64,000 nucleotides of DNA. Origin: an uncultured Spirochaetota bacterium (GTDB lineage Bacteria > Spirochaetota > Spirochaetia > SZUA-6 > Fen-1364). The DNA lies in NCBI GenBank assembly GCA_963781885.1, contig CAWAHW010000005.1:1-64000 (forward strand), read 5' to 3'. Below, piece by piece: positions 38,787 through 51,573 of the stretch. The position numbers and the translations under genes are program-made. Every line of letters begins with the position of its first letter. Positions within the stretch are counted from its first letter, which is position 1. The notes beneath the pieces were generated by a model. The model saw only the letters and a program-made list of their open reading frames with translations, made no database searches and was not told the origin of the DNA.

Positions 38787-40025
38787 GTGGCGGCAGCCGA
38801 GGAATTGATCGTCGGGTTGGACATCGGCACGACAAAGGTCTGCGCCATCATCGGCGAGTACAACGAGACCGGGCAGCTGGAGATCATCGGCGTCGGCACG
38901 ACGCCGTCGCGCGGTCTGCGCCGCGGCGTGGTGATCAACATCGAGTCGACGGTGAAGTCGATCCAGAACGCCATCGAATCGGCGGAGCTCATGTCGGGCC
39001 GCGAGGTGCACGGCGTCTACACGGGTGTCGCCGGCGGCCACATCGAGGGGATCAACTCCCGCGGCGTCGTGGCGGTCACGGGCAAGGACCGCGAGATCAC
39101 GAAGGAGGACGTGGACCGGGTCATCGACGCGGCCAAGGCCATCGTCATCCCCATGGATCGCGAGGTCCTCCACGTCATCCCGCAGGAGTTCATCGTCGAC
39201 CAGCAGGGCGGTATCAAGAACCCCGTGGGCATGGTGGGCGTGCGCCTGGAGGCGGAGGCCCACATCATCACGGGCGCCGTCACCTCGGCGCAGAACATCG
39301 TGAAGTGCGTGAACCGCGCCGGTTTCAAGGTGAACGACATCGTGCTGGAGCCTCTTGCATCGTCGAAGGCCGTCCTGTCCGCCGACGAGCGCGAGCTGGG
39401 CGTCCTCCTCATCGACCTCGGCGGCGGCACGACCGACGTCCTTGTCCACCTCGAGGGAGCCCCGTACCACACGGAGGTCCTGTCCATCGGCGGGGAGCAG
39501 GTGACGAGCGATCTCTCCATCATGCTGAAGACGCCGCTGGAAGTGGCGGAGAAGATCAAGAAGGAAAAGGGCTGCTGCTACGTGCCCTCCGTCCTGGAAG
39601 ACGACCAGGTCGCCATTCCCGGCGTCGGGGGGAGGCCGCCGCGGAAGATCGCCCGGCGCGACATGGCGGAGATCATCCAGCCGCGCATGGCGGAGATACT
39701 CGGCATGGTGAAGGAGCAGATCGAGAAGAAGGGATACCTCCACCTCCTGGGCGGCGGCGTCGTCCTCACGGGCGGCGGGGCGCTCCTGGCGGGGGCGAGC
39801 GAGCTTGCATCGGAGATATTCGGCCTTCCCGCGCGCATCGGCTATCCCATGAAGCTGGGCGGGCTCGTGGAGGAGTACCACGACCCGATGTACTCAACCG
39901 GCGTCGGCCTGGTGATGTTCGGCGCCACCCTGGAGGGGACGGAGGGTTTCGACACGAGCTCCAGCGAGAGCACCTTCACGAGTGTCTGGGAGAGAATGAG
40001 GACCTGGTTTAAAGACTTTTTTTAA
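38787..40025 (+). CDS. ftsA: Cell division protein FtsA
   Basis: GLDIGTTKV, GLRRGVV, IDLGGGTTD, VLTGGGA. Confidence 0.97.
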   Translation: MAAAEELIVGLDIGTTKVCAIIGEYNETGQLEIIGVGTTPSRGLRRGVVINIESTVKSIQNAIESAELMSGREVHGVYTGVAGGHIEGINSRGVVAVTGKDREITKEDVDRVIDAAKAIVIPMDREVLHVIPQEFIVDQQGGIKNPVGMVGVRLEAEAHIITGAVTSAQNIVKCVNRAGFKVNDIVLEPLASSKAVLSADERELGVLLIDLGGGTTDVLVHLEGAPYHTEVLSIGGEQVTSDLSIMLKTPLEVAEKIKKEKGCCYVPSVLEDDQVAIPGVGGRPPRKIARRDMAEIIQPRMAEILGMVKEQIEKKGYLHLLGGGVVLTGGGALLAGASELASEIFGLPARIGYPMKLGGLVEEYHDPMYSTGVGLVMFGATLEGTEGFDTSSSESTFTSVWERMRTWFKDFF

Positions 40026-40088
40026 AACGAATCGGCTCCGGGGGCTCTGGCGGAAGCCGTGCTCCTGAATTCATGCAGGGGAGGGGTC

Positions 40089-41249
40089 ATGAACATCGAG
40101 CTTTTCGAGAGCAGCGGCACGAGCCCGACGGTCATCAAGGTCGTCGGCGTCGGCGGAGGCGGCAGCAACGCCGTCAACCGCATGATCGCCATGGGGCTGA
40201 AGAACGTGTCCTTTGTCGCGATCAACACCGACCAGCAGGCTTTGCACAGCTCCAACGCGGAGACGCGCTTCGCCATCGGCACGAAGCTGACCGGCGGGCT
40301 TGGCGCGGGCGGCATCCCCGAGATCGGGGAGAAGGCGGCGCTGGAAGACCAGGACAGCGTGCAGAACCTCCTGAAGGGCGCCGACATGGTCTTCATCACC
40401 GCGGGCATGGGCGGCGGCACGGGAACCGGCGCGGCGCCCGTCGTGGCCCACGTCGCGCGCCAGATGGGCGCCCTCACCGTGGCGGTGGTGACGAAGCCAT
40501 TCGACTTCGAAGGCAAGCGCAAGATGCAGCTCGCCGAGGAAGGCATCGAGAAGCTGCGCGAGGAAGTGGACACGCTCATCACGATCCCCAACCAACATCT
40601 CCTGAAGATCGCGGAGAAGCGCACCCCCATCCGCGAGGCATTCTTCATGGCCGATGAAGTGCTGCGGCAGGGCGTGCAGGGAATCTCGGACCTCATCACT
40701 GAGCCCGGCGAGATCAACATCGATTTTGCCGACGTGCGCACGATCATGAAGGGCAAGGGCGACGCCCTCATGGGCATCGGCATCGGGTCGGGGGAGAACC
40801 GCGCCACCGACGCAGCGACGAACGCTATCAACAACCCGCTGCTGGAGGACGCGCACGTGGAGGGCGCCAAGGGCATCCTCGTGAACGTCACGGGCGGCTT
40901 CGATTTCTGCCTCTCCGAATACGAAGAGGTGCTGAAGATCATCACGGCGAACGCGGACAGCGACGCGCTCATCATTGCCGGCACGTCCATCGTCGAGGCG
41001 CTGAACGACCGGTTGCGCGTCACCGTGATCGCCACCGGCTTCAACGCGGCGAAGCCGCGCGCCGCCATGCCCGAGCCCGAGCGCGCGGACGCGGCGGAGA
41101 TCATCCCCTACGAGGAGTGGTCCACCATGGGCAAGACGGGAAGCCGCAAGAACGCGGAAGACTTCCTCCTGGGCCGCAACTCCCGCGAGGCCGATCTGAG
41201 CGTACCCACGGTGCTCCGGGAAAAGCGCATCGTGGGCCAGAAGGACTGA
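40089..41249 (+). CDS. ftsZ: Cell division protein FtsZ
   Basis: [31 protein letters not shown]-terminal DLSVPTVLR. Confidence 0.98.
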   Translation: MNIELFESSGTSPTVIKVVGVGGGGSNAVNRMIAMGLKNVSFVAINTDQQALHSSNAETRFAIGTKLTGGLGAGGIPEIGEKAALEDQDSVQNLLKGADMVFITAGMGGGTGTGAAPVVAHVARQMGALTVAVVTKPFDFEGKRKMQLAEEGIEKLREEVDTLITIPNQHLLKIAEKRTPIREAFFMADEVLRQGVQGISDLITEPGEINIDFADVRTIMKGKGDALMGIGIGSGENRATDAATNAINNPLLEDAHVEGAKGILVNVTGGFDFCLSEYEEVLKIITANADSDALIIAGTSIVEALNDRLRVTVIATGFNAAKPRAAMPEPERADAAEIIPYEEWSTMGKTGSRKNAEDFLLGRNSREADLSVPTVLREKRIVGQKD

Positions 41250-41325
41250 CGGACGCCCCTCATGGACGCGCGCACCACGGATCCCTTCGCCCGCCCGACC
41301 CTGCCACCGGCCGACGGAGGATCTC

Positions 41326-42291
41326 GTGAACCTGTTCAGCGGCTACCTCGCCGCGGAAAGGCGCCTTTCGCCTTCCACTGTCTCCACCTATGCAGCGGAG
41401 GCGCGCGCATTCCTGCTGTACATGGAGACGAAAGCCGGGCACGTGGCCGCCGCCACTGCGACGGACGTGAGCGACTACCTTGCGGGCAGGCAGGTCACGA
41501 ACATCGATCCGCACACGCTGGCGAAGTGCGCCTCGGCCCTGCGTGCCTTCTACCGCTTTCTCGTCCTTGAAGGAAAGGTGACCGTCAACCCTGCCCGGCT
41601 GGTCGAGTCGCCGCGGGGGACCTTCAAGATTCCCCGCTATCTGGAGATCGAAAAGATCGACGCGCTGCTGGACGCGTGCGACCCTTCGCAGCCGCTGGGT
41701 CTGCGGGACAGGGCCCTCTTCGAGCTGATCTACTCCTGCGGCCTGCGCGTGAGCGAGGCAGTCGGGCTCACGCTGGACCGCGTCTCGCTCCCGGAAAGCG
41801 CGCTGCGCGTCATGGGCAAAGGCTCGCGCGAGCGGATGGTCCCCATGGGCGAGCGGGCGCGCAAGGCGCTGAGGCTTTACCTGCGGGAGGTGAGGCCGGA
41901 GCTGGCGGGGCGAAGGCCCATCGACGTCCTGTTTCTCGGCCGGAGCGGCAACGGGCTTTCGCGAAAAACCGTGTGGAAGATATTCAAGCGCCTGGCCCTG
42001 GCCGCCGGTCTCGAAGGAAAAGTGCATACGCTTCGTCACTCCTTCGCCACGCACCTCCTCCAGGGCGGCGCGGACCTTCGCTCGGTCCAGGAGCTCCTGG
42101 GCCACGCGGACATCAGCACGACGCAGATCTACACGCACGTGAGCCAGGACGTCCTGAAGCGGACGCACGAGGAGTTTCATCCGAGGGGCGGAGGCCCCGA
42201 GGGCGGCAGCCGTTTCGACAGAAACGGCGGGAGCGCGGAACGAGGCGGCTCCGCGGAGCAGCGCGAAGGCCAGGACGGTGACGCGACATGA
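41326..42291 (+). CDS. xerD: Tyrosine recombinase XerD
   Basis: [50 protein letters not shown]. Confidence 0.88.
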   Translation: MNLFSGYLAAERRLSPSTVSTYAAEARAFLLYMETKAGHVAAATATDVSDYLAGRQVTNIDPHTLAKCASALRAFYRFLVLEGKVTVNPARLVESPRGTFKIPRYLEIEKIDALLDACDPSQPLGLRDRALFELIYSCGLRVSEAVGLTLDRVSLPESALRVMGKGSRERMVPMGERARKALRLYLREVRPELAGRRPIDVLFLGRSGNGLSRKTVWKIFKRLALAAGLEGKVHTLRHSFATHLLQGGADLRSVQELLGHADISTTQIYTHVSQDVLKRTHEEFHPRGGGPEGGSRFDRNGGSAERGGSAEQREGQDGDAT

Positions 42292-43325
42292 AAGCCGCGC
42301 ACGCAATACTCCCGTTTGTTAAGGGCATGGACGAAATCGAGCGGCTCTGTCTCCTGGGGCTTTCCCATGTCGAGTTCCTGCGGCCCCGTGAGAAGCTCAC
42401 CCTGATCGCGCTCATGCGGGGCGCGGCCCCGATTTTCGATCTCGCGCTGCCCGACATCGCCCGGTTGGTCGGGAGAAAGCTGTCAACGGGGCTCTGGCAG
42501 CCCGGGAAGATCCTCGACGCGGCGCGGCACATGCAAAATGACTTGACCGAATGCGGCGCGCAAAGCATCTTTTACTGGGATACGAGGTACCCGGCCCCGC
42601 TTCGGGAGATCTACGACCCGCCGTTGACGCTTTTCCTTCGTGGAACGCTTCCTGACAACGGAGATTCTCTCGCAGGGATCGTTGGAACGCGATTGCCCAC
42701 GGGTGCCGCCCGGACGGCGGCATACCGACTGGCATTCGATCTCGGCCGGGAAGGAATCTGCGTCGTCTCGGGGCTCGCGCGCGGCATCGACCGCGAGGCG
42801 CATGAGGGTTGCGTGGAGGCGGGAGGAAGGTCCGTGGCGGTGCTGGGCAATGGCATCGACCAGATCTACCCCGTGAGCAGCAGGCCGACCGCGCGGGCTC
42901 TGCTGGACCGCGGTGGGGCGATCCTGAGCGAATATCCGCCCGGCGTGCCGCCCTTGCAGTATCATTTCCCTGCACGCAACAGGATCCTGAGCGGCCTGTG
43001 CAGGGCCGTGGTGATCGTGCAGGCGCCGGAGCGCTCGGGTGCCCTCATCACGGCGGAATACGCGCTGGACCAGGGCCGGGACCTGTGGGTGCACGCCGCC
43101 GGAATCCCGGGAAGCGCGGGGGCCGGGACGCGCCGCCTCGCGGACGCGGGAGCGCCGGTGGTGAGCGGTGCCGCGGACATATTGCGAGACTGGGGAATGA
43201 GCGCCACGGCATTCCCCATCGAAGCCGCGTGCGGGTCCGCGGCAGGATATTTGTCGCGGACGCTGAAGGAAGAGCTGGATGGCAACTGCGCCGTTCACGG
43301 CGGGGAAACATACTGGAGAACATGA
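42288..43325 (+). CDS. dprA: DNA-processing protein DprA (Smf)
   Basis: YPAPLREIYDPP, IVGTR, VSGLARGID, FPARNRILSG, SGALITA. Confidence 0.95.
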   Translation: MKAAHAILPFVKGMDEIERLCLLGLSHVEFLRPREKLTLIALMRGAAPIFDLALPDIARLVGRKLSTGLWQPGKILDAARHMQNDLTECGAQSIFYWDTRYPAPLREIYDPPLTLFLRGTLPDNGDSLAGIVGTRLPTGAARTAAYRLAFDLGREGICVVSGLARGIDREAHEGCVEAGGRSVAVLGNGIDQIYPVSSRPTARALLDRGGAILSEYPPGVPPLQYHFPARNRILSGLCRAVVIVQAPERSGALITAEYALDQGRDLWVHAAGIPGSAGAGTRRLADAGAPVVSGAADILRDWGMSATAFPIEAACGSAAGYLSRTLKEELDGNCAVHGGETYWRT

Positions 43326-45646
43326 TGTCCAAAGAAAAGACGCCGCAAAAGCGCAGCGATGAAAAAACCGCTCTCACCACCGCTGCTCCGGACGCCGTGA
43401 AGGCTGCCACGGCCGGGACGCCGGCCCGACGCCCGGCGGGCAAGACGGGAAACAGGCGCCCCACGGCGGGCAAGAAGCAGATACTTCTCATCGTGGAGTC
43501 GCCGGCAAAGGGCAAGACGATAGAGAAATATCTCGGCAAGGGCTACACGGTGGCCGCCTCCATGGGGCACCTCATCGACCTGCCGAAATCGAGGCTCGCC
43601 ATCGACGTCGCGGACACATTCGAGCCGGAATACATCACCGTGCGGGGCAAGGCGAAGATCCTGCGGGAGCTGAAGCAGAAGGCGCGGAAGGCAGATGTCA
43701 TCCTGCTCGCATCGGATAATGACCGTGAGGGAGAGGCAATCTCCTTCCACCTCCGCAACGCCCTGCAGGTGGGAAAGACACCGCCGCAGATCCAGCGCAT
43801 TACGTTCAACGAAATAACGCCCAAGGCGATACGCGACGCGGTGGCGCACCCGGGTGTGATCGACATGTCGAAGGTCAACGCACAGAAGGCCCGGCGCGTG
43901 CTGGACCGCATCGTCGGATACTACCTCTCGCCGCTGCTCTGGAAAAAGGTGAAGAACGGGCTGTCGGCGGGACGCGTGCAGTCCGTGGCGCTGCGCATGA
44001 TCTGCGAGCGGGAAGCGGAGATCGAGGCGTTCCTGCCGGAGGAATACTGGAGCATCGAGGCGGAGCTGCGCAAGGGCAAGAGCCACTTTATGGCGCAGCT
44101 CATCGCCATCGGCGGGGAGAAGCCGGCCCTCACGACGGGGGAGGCGGCGCACGCGTGCGTCGCGGAGCTCGCACAGAGCCCGTTCGTCGTCGCGGAGGCG
44201 AGGTCCACGGAGAAGATCTCGCGGCCACGGCCTCCCTTTACCACCTCCACGATGCAGCAGACGGCGGCGAACAGGTTCGGATTCACCGCCAGAAAGACGA
44301 TGCAGATCGCCCAGGGCCTCTACGAAGGGGTCAATATCGGCTCCGAGCGGCTCGGCCTCATCACATACATGCGCACCGACTCGACCCGCACCGCGGAAAG
44401 CGCACTGGTGGAGGTCCGCGAGTTCATCGCCACAGAGTTCCCCGGCGAGCTTCCCGCGACGGCGAACGTCTATGCAGCGGGAAAGGGCGCCCAGGACGCG
44501 CACGAGGCCATACGACCCACGTATGTCACCCGCACGCCGGAGGAACTGAAGAAGCACCTCACCTCGGAAGAGTTCCGCCTCTATTCCATCATCTGGGAGC
44601 GCTTCGTCTCTTCCCAGATGAATCCCTCCCGCGCGAGCACGACGACCGTCGATTTCAGCGCGGGCCGCTGCACCTTCCGCGCGTCGAGCACGCGCATGGT
44701 GGAGAAGGGCTTCCAGAAGGCCCTGTCCCTCCTGGCCTCCAAGGAGCAGACCAAGGCCCTGCCCGTGCTGGAGATCGGGGAAGAGGTGGAGCGCATCGGG
44801 ATCACCCCCGCGCAGCACTTCACCATGGGGCCGCCCCGGTTCACGGATGCCACCATCGTGAAGACACTGGAGGAGAAAGGCATCGGCCGCCCCTCCACGT
44901 ACGCGCCCATCATCTCGGTTCTCCTGGACCGCTACTACGTCGTGCGCAAGGCGCGCCAGCTCATCCCCACCGTGCTGGGGAAGATCATCAACGACATGCT
45001 GAGCAAGTCCTTCCCCGAGCTCCTGGACCCCAACTTCACGGCGGCAATGGAGAAGCGTCTGGACGCGGTGGAAGAGGGAAGCTCGGACTGGCAGTCGATG
45101 ATCCGCGATTTCTTCGGTCCCTTCCAGGAGAAGGTGACATCGGTCCAGGAGACGCTCGAATCGGTCAAGGGCGTCATGGACGAAAAGACCGACGTGGTCT
45201 GCGACGTCTGCGGACGGCCCATGGTGAAGAAGCTCGGCCGGTTCGGTTTCTTCCTGGCCTGCACGGGCTTTCCGGAGTGCAAGAACACGAAGCCCGTGCC
45301 GCTTGCGGTCTGCCCGCGCCCCGGCTGCGGCGGCAAGATCGTCGCGCGCAAGCGCAAGAAGGGCCGGGGCCGCGAGTTCTACGGCTGCACGAATTACCCG
45401 ACGTGCGATTTCGTCACGTACTTCAAGCCCACGGATTCCGCCTGCCCGAAGTGCGGCTGGTTCCTCGTTGAGAAGGAAGACAAGCAGAGAGGCATGTACA
45501 AGGCGTGCATCAATCCCGAATGCGACTATCTCCACACAAAGGAGATGGCGGCGGCCGATGCGGCGCTTCTCGCCGCCGACGCCGCGGCCGATCCCGACGC
45601 TGCCCCGGCCCGGGAGCCGGGCACGGAGGACGACCAGAGTGCGTGA
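43322..45646 (+). CDS. topA: DNA topoisomerase I
   Basis: IVESPAK, SDNDREGE, SAGRVQS, LITYMRTDS, QDAHEAIRPT, GIGRPSTY, C-terminal Zn ribbons. Confidence 0.97.
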   Translation: MMSKEKTPQKRSDEKTALTTAAPDAVKAATAGTPARRPAGKTGNRRPTAGKKQILLIVESPAKGKTIEKYLGKGYTVAASMGHLIDLPKSRLAIDVADTFEPEYITVRGKAKILRELKQKARKADVILLASDNDREGEAISFHLRNALQVGKTPPQIQRITFNEITPKAIRDAVAHPGVIDMSKVNAQKARRVLDRIVGYYLSPLLWKKVKNGLSAGRVQSVALRMICEREAEIEAFLPEEYWSIEAELRKGKSHFMAQLIAIGGEKPALTTGEAAHACVAELAQSPFVVAEARSTEKISRPRPPFTTSTMQQTAANRFGFTARKTMQIAQGLYEGVNIGSERLGLITYMRTDSTRTAESALVEVREFIATEFPGELPATANVYAAGKGAQDAHEAIRPTYVTRTPEELKKHLTSEEFRLYSIIWERFVSSQMNPSRASTTTVDFSAGRCTFRASSTRMVEKGFQKALSLLASKEQTKALPVLEIGEEVERIGITPAQHFTMGPPRFTDATIVKTLEEKGIGRPSTYAPIISVLLDRYYVVRKARQLIPTVLGKIINDMLSKSFPELLDPNFTAAMEKRLDAVEEGSSDWQSMIRDFFGPFQEKVTSVQETLESVKGVMDEKTDVVCDVCGRPMVKKLGRFGFFLACTGFPECKNTKPVPLAVCPRPGCGGKIVARKRKKGRGREFYGCTNYPTCDFVTYFKPTDSACPKCGWFLVEKEDKQRGMYKACINPECDYLHTKEMAAADAALLAADAAADPDAAPAREPGTEDDQSA

Positions 45647-46556
45647 CGACTACCTGGTCTATCTCAGCGGCATCCGCAAGCTGTCTCCCCACACGCTGGA
45701 GTCCTACGGGAAGGACCTCGAGAAATACGAATCGTACCTTGGCTCCCGGGGCGTGCTTCCCGAGAATGCCGGCGTGGCCGATGCGCGCGGTTTCGTGGCC
45801 TGGCTCACGCACGAGGGGCTGTCCCCGCGATCCGTCAACCGCATGATCTCGGGCGTGCGCGGCTGGTATCGTTTCATGGAGAGGCGCAGCCTCATCGCCT
45901 CCAATCCCTTTGCCGAGATCCACAGCCTGCGCACGGAGAAGCGGCTGCCGTCATTCCTCTTCGAGGAGGAGATGGCCCGGCTCGTGGAGATGCCCATTCG
46001 CGAGCCCTGCGCGGACGGGGATGCCTTCTGGAAGCTGCGGGATCGCGCGGTGCTCGAGACGCTCTATTCCACCGGGTGCCGCATCTCCGAGCTCGTCTCG
46101 CTCGATCTGCACGACGTCGATCTGAAGAACCACTCGGCGCGCGTCATGGGCAAGGGATCGAAGGAGCGCAATGTCTTCCTTGGTGCCGCAGCCGTGGAAT
46201 CCCTGCGCGCATACATGACGCTCCGTCCTTTCCACGTCCGGGCCGCCTCGGGGGTCGACGGCGCGTCGGGACCGACGCCCGCGGTCTTCATCAATCAGCG
46301 GGGCGGGCGGGTCACGGACCGCGGCGTGCGCTTCATTCTCGGGGAGTACCTCGCGCGGGCGAATCTCGGCAAGCGGGTGACCCCTCACACATTCCGTCAC
46401 TCATTCGCGACGCACCTGCTCGATCGGGGCGCCGACATCAGGGCCGTGCAGGAGCTGCTCGGCCATGCGAGCCTTTCCACCACGCAGGTCTACACCCACG
46501 TGGGCATGGAGAAGCTGAAAAAGGTCTACAGGAGGGCGCATCCCCATGCAAGCTGA
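45639..46556 (+). CDS. xerC: Tyrosine recombinase XerC
   Basis: GTG 45639 after GGAGGA; [51 protein letters not shown]; upstream of hslV. Confidence 0.88.
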   Translation: MRDDYLVYLSGIRKLSPHTLESYGKDLEKYESYLGSRGVLPENAGVADARGFVAWLTHEGLSPRSVNRMISGVRGWYRFMERRSLIASNPFAEIHSLRTEKRLPSFLFEEEMARLVEMPIREPCADGDAFWKLRDRAVLETLYSTGCRISELVSLDLHDVDLKNHSARVMGKGSKERNVFLGAAAVESLRAYMTLRPFHVRAASGVDGASGPTPAVFINQRGGRVTDRGVRFILGEYLARANLGKRVTPHTFRHSFATHLLDRGADIRAVQELLGHASLSTTQVYTHVGMEKLKKVYRRAHPHAS

Positions 46557-47084
46557 AGAGATCAGGAGCACCACGGTGATCGCGGTGCGCCGCGACGGTG
46601 CGGTGGCGATGGCCGGCGACGGCCAGGTGACGATGGGCGCCACGGTAATGAAGTCCAACGCGCGCAAGATCAGGAAGATATTCGACGGCAAGGTGCTCGT
46701 CGGATTCGCCGGCGCCACGGCGGATGCCTTCACCCTTTTCGAGCGCTTCGAGGGAAAGGTGAAGGAATACGGCGGCGACATCACGCGCGCGGCCGTCGAG
46801 CTTGCCAAGGACTGGCGGACGGACCGGATCCTCCGGCGCCTGGAGGCGCTCCTGCTCGTTGCCGATCGCAAGGCCACGTTCCTCATCTCGGGGACCGGCG
46901 ACGTGATCGAGCCCGACGAGGGCGTGATTGCCATCGGCTCCGGGGGGAGCTTCGCCTATGCCGCGGCGCGCGCCTACCTGGATGCCTCCGCGCTGGGGGC
47001 GCACGACATCGCGGAAAGGTCGCTGCGCATCGCGTCGGGCATCTGCATCTATACGAACAGCGAAATCATCGTGGAGGACTTGAC

Positions 47085-47088
<4 letters not shown>
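46546..47088 (+). CDS. hslV: ATP-dependent protease subunit HslV
   Basis: [35 protein letters not shown]. Confidence 0.97.
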
Positions 47089-48512
<1,424 letters not shown>

Positions 48513-48523
48513 GAAGTCGAGCC

Positions 48524-48551
48524 TTGAGGACGGTGAAAAACAGGCCGAAAA
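48524..48551 (+). promoter_or_regulatory. Possible sigma28 (FliA)-type promoter upstream of flgB
   Basis: TTGA-N16-GCCGAAAA versus consensus TAAA-N15/16-GCCGATAA; the -35 match is weak. Confidence 0.3.
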
Positions 48552-48585
48552 TGAAAGAGCAGAACGGCAAAGGGGGGTCGGGACA

Positions 48586-49005
48586 ATGATGTTCTCGGGC
48601 GCATTCGCAAAGAATCTGGAGCTTCTCACCCGGGAGATGGACGTGACGACGATGCGGCGCAACGTGATTGCGAACAATATCGCCAACGCGGACACCCCGA
48701 ACTTCAAGCGGACGGACCTCAATTTCGAGGCCCAGCTGAAGCGCGCCCTGGATTCGGAGAAGGCCACGTCGTCCTTCACGCCCTATCTCACGAACCCGCG
48801 GGACATTCCCTTTGACAAACCCATCGACTGGCAGCAGGTGCAGCCGCGCCGCGTGCTGGACTACCTCACCGAGTCGAAGAACAACGGCAATAACGTGGAC
48901 ATCGAGCAGGAGGGCATCGATTCGCTCAACAACCAGCTCATGTACACCACGCTCGCCCAGGTCATCACGAGCGAGTTTCAGCGCGTGAATATCGTGTTGA
49001 GATAA
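48586..49005 (+). CDS. flgB: Flagellar basal-body rod protein FlgB
   Basis: IANNIANADTPNFKR.D, NGNNVDIEQE. Confidence 0.93.
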   Translation: MMFSGAFAKNLELLTREMDVTTMRRNVIANNIANADTPNFKRTDLNFEAQLKRALDSEKATSSFTPYLTNPRDIPFDKPIDWQQVQPRRVLDYLTESKNNGNNVDIEQEGIDSLNNQLMYTTLAQVITSEFQRVNIVLR

Positions 49006-49025
49006 GGACGGGAGAGGAGATCGCT

Positions 49026-49483
49026 ATGGGCATGTTCACCAGCATCTCGACGGCAGGCTCGGGGCTCACCGCGGAGCGCATGCGGCTGGACGTCATCGCG
49101 GACAACATCGCGAATGTCAACACGACACGCACCACGGAGGGCGGCCCCTATCGGCGCAGCCGGGTCATCTTCGCCCCCGGGTGGAGCAGCCCTACTGGCG
49201 CAGCCCGTTCCTGCCGGGCTTCCTGCAAGACAAGATCGGGGAGGGGGTCCGGGTGACGTCCATCGAGAAGGACTACGCCTCGGACACCCGGCTCGTCTAC
49301 GACCCCACGCACCCGGACGCGATCAAGACGGGCCCCAAGACGGGATACGTGGAGTATCCGAACGTGAACATCGTGAATGAAATGGTGGACATGATCGAGG
49401 CGAACAGGGCTTATGAAGCCAATTCCTCGGTGATCGCCGGCACGAAGGCCATGTTCCTCAAGGCACTCGAGATCGGGAGGTGA
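49026..49483 (+). CDS. flgC: Flagellar basal-body rod protein FlgC, one frameshift near 49177
   Basis: SGLTAERMRLDVIADNIANVNTTRT.GGPYRR, then YDPTHPDA...YPNVN.VNEMVDMIEA.RAYEAN; one C is missing in a C-run. Confidence 0.92.
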
Positions 49484-49486
49484 TGA

Positions 49487-49819
49487 ATGGCACTCATTGA
49501 TCCGGCACAGGCCATGGGCGACGTCGTGAAGCTCGCGCGGACCAACCCCCTGCACATCGCGGGCATCGGCGAGGACGCAGCCCCGACGACGGGCGTCGAG
49601 CAGAAGTTCGGCGACCTCCTGGCGAGCGCTTTGGGAAACGTGAATGACAGCCAGGTCAACGCGATGAATCTCTCCCAGCAGATGATCACGGACCCGAGCT
49701 CGGTGAACGTGGAAGACGTCACCATCGCGCTGGCAAACGCCAACCTCGCCCTCTCGATGACGAAAGCCATCGTGGACAGGGCGCTCGCGGCATATCGGGA
49801 AATCATCAATATCAGGTAA
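49487..49819 (+). CDS. fliE: Flagellar hook-basal body protein FliE
   Basis: FGDLLASAL.NVN..Q, VTIA...A.LAL, AYREIINIR. Confidence 0.92.
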   Translation: MALIDPAQAMGDVVKLARTNPLHIAGIGEDAAPTTGVEQKFGDLLASALGNVNDSQVNAMNLSQQMITDPSSVNVEDVTIALANANLALSMTKAIVDRALAAYREIINIR

Positions 49820-49869
49820 AGACGGAAGCGGAAGAGGAAAAGGCATACAGGGCATGACGGGGAGGGGAC

Positions 49870-51570
49870 ATGAACGATTGGTTGAAGAGGATCCGTGAGC
49901 AGCTGAAAGGGCTGTGGTCGCGGTGGAACAGGACGCAGAAGATCGTCCTGTTCTCCATCATCGGAGCGAGCGTTCTCGCCATCATTCTGCTCATCGCGTT
50001 GAGCGCGACCCCGGCGATGGTGCCCATCATCTCCGCCCAGGTCACCGATGCGGACACGCGCCAGCGGATCAGCGCCGCCCTGGACCAGAACCACATCAAG
50101 TACCAGCTGCACGCCGACAACATCTTCTACGCGGCGGACAACGAGACGGCGATGAAGGCGAGCAATCTCCTGTTCCAGGAGAACCTCATCCCCAAGGGCA
50201 CCGACCCGTGGGCCGTCTTCAACACGCAGAGCTGGACCACGACCGACTTCGAGCGCGACGTGAACCTCCAGCGGGCCGTCACCCGGCAGCTCCAGCAGCA
50301 CATCCTTGCCCTGGAGGACGTCGACGCGGCGAGCGTCGTCCTGCAGATCCCCCAGACGGAGCTGTTCCAGGCCGACCAGAAGCCCGTGAGCGCTTCCATC
50401 CAGATCACGCCGAAGCCCGGCTCGGACTTCACGACCAATCGGAAGAAGATCGAGGGCGTCCAGCGCCTCATCATGCTCGCCGTGGCCGGTCTGACGGCGG
50501 ACAACCTCGTCATCACCGACAATACCGGCGTGCAGCTCAACGACTTCACCGGTCTCGAGGAAGTGGACAGGCTGGAGCTTGCGAAGCGCGAGCTGAAGCT
50601 GAAGCAGGACCTGGAGGCGAAGTATACGGGGGACATCAAGAACGCCCTCAGCGACATCTTCAGCCCCGACAGGGTGCAGATCCTCAAGATCGACATCAAG
50701 CTGGACATGAGCAAGGAAAGCTCCACGGCGAAGGAGTTCTCCCCCGTGGCCGTCGTGCCGGCAACCCGCTACGCCGCCGCCCAATATGCCCCCTCCATCG
50801 CGCGGTCTACCCAGAACACGGAGGAGCATTTCCAGGGCACCGGCTTCAGCCCTGAGGGCCCCGCGGGCGTGGAGGGCCAGACGACGCCGGCGTACAAGGA
50901 CCTGTCCAACCTCGTCGGCAAATACGACAAGACCTCCCAGACCACCAACAACGAGATCAATGAGAAGAACACGACAACGGAAAAACAGCCCTGGGACATC
51001 AAGGGAATCGGCGCCGGTGTCGCCATCGACGGCGTCTGGAAATGGAAGTATGATAAAGGGGGGAAGGTTCTCCTGAACCCCGACGGCAGCATCCAGCGGG
51101 AATACGTGCCCGTCTCGGATGATGACCTGGCAAAGGCCAAATCCCTCATCCAGGCGGCCATCGGATTCAACAGGGACCGCGGGGATACGGTGGACGTGCA
51201 GACCCTCCCCTTCGACCGCACCACCCAGTTCACGAAGGAGGACGGGGTGTTCCGCAGGCAGCTGCAGGTGCGGCGCATCATCTACGGCGTACTCATCGGT
51301 CTGGGCGCGCTGCTCATCCTGGCGCTTGCCTATCGCTTGGTCGCCAAGGAGCTGGAGCGCAGGCGGCGGTTGCGGGAAGAGGAGCTCGCGCGGCAGCACC
51401 AGGCCATGCGGGAAGCGGCGCTGCGCACGGCGGAGGAACAGGGCGTGGAGGTGGAGCTGTCCGTGGAGGACCGGGCGCGCCTTGAGATGCAGGAGAACGC
51501 GGCCAACATGGCGCGCGAGCATCCCGAGGACGTGGCCCAGCTCATCCGGACCTGGCTCGTGGAGGAATAG
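49870..51570 (+). CDS. fliF: Flagellar MS-ring protein FliF
   Basis: Two TM segments, W.TTDFE, AIGFNRDRGD.V, PEDVAQLIRTWL. Confidence 0.94.
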   Translation: MNDWLKRIREQLKGLWSRWNRTQKIVLFSIIGASVLAIILLIALSATPAMVPIISAQVTDADTRQRISAALDQNHIKYQLHADNIFYAADNETAMKASNLLFQENLIPKGTDPWAVFNTQSWTTTDFERDVNLQRAVTRQLQQHILALEDVDAASVVLQIPQTELFQADQKPVSASIQITPKPGSDFTTNRKKIEGVQRLIMLAVAGLTADNLVITDNTGVQLNDFTGLEEVDRLELAKRELKLKQDLEAKYTGDIKNALSDIFSPDRVQILKIDIKLDMSKESSTAKEFSPVAVVPATRYAAAQYAPSIARSTQNTEEHFQGTGFSPEGPAGVEGQTTPAYKDLSNLVGKYDKTSQTTNNEINEKNTTTEKQPWDIKGIGAGVAIDGVWKWKYDKGGKVLLNPDGSIQREYVPVSDDDLAKAKSLIQAAIGFNRDRGDTVDVQTLPFDRTTQFTKEDGVFRRQLQVRRIIYGVLIGLGALLILALAYRLVAKELERRRRLREEELARQHQAMREAALRTAEEQGVEVELSVEDRARLEMQENAANMAREHPEDVAQLIRTWLVEE

Positions 51571-51573
51571 GAC

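Noticed and set aside
32536-41249. dcw cluster lacking ftsI, murE, murD, murG, murC and ddl as a novelty
   Set aside because: A reduced mraZ-rsmH-ftsL-murF-mraY-ftsW-ftsQ-ftsA-ftsZ cluster is the established spirochaete arrangement.
41326-46556. Two tyrosine recombinases as prophage or integron integrases
   Set aside because: They have XerD/XerC signatures in the housekeeping ftsZ-xerD-dprA-topA-xerC-hslVU context; no att sites, cargo or compositional shift.
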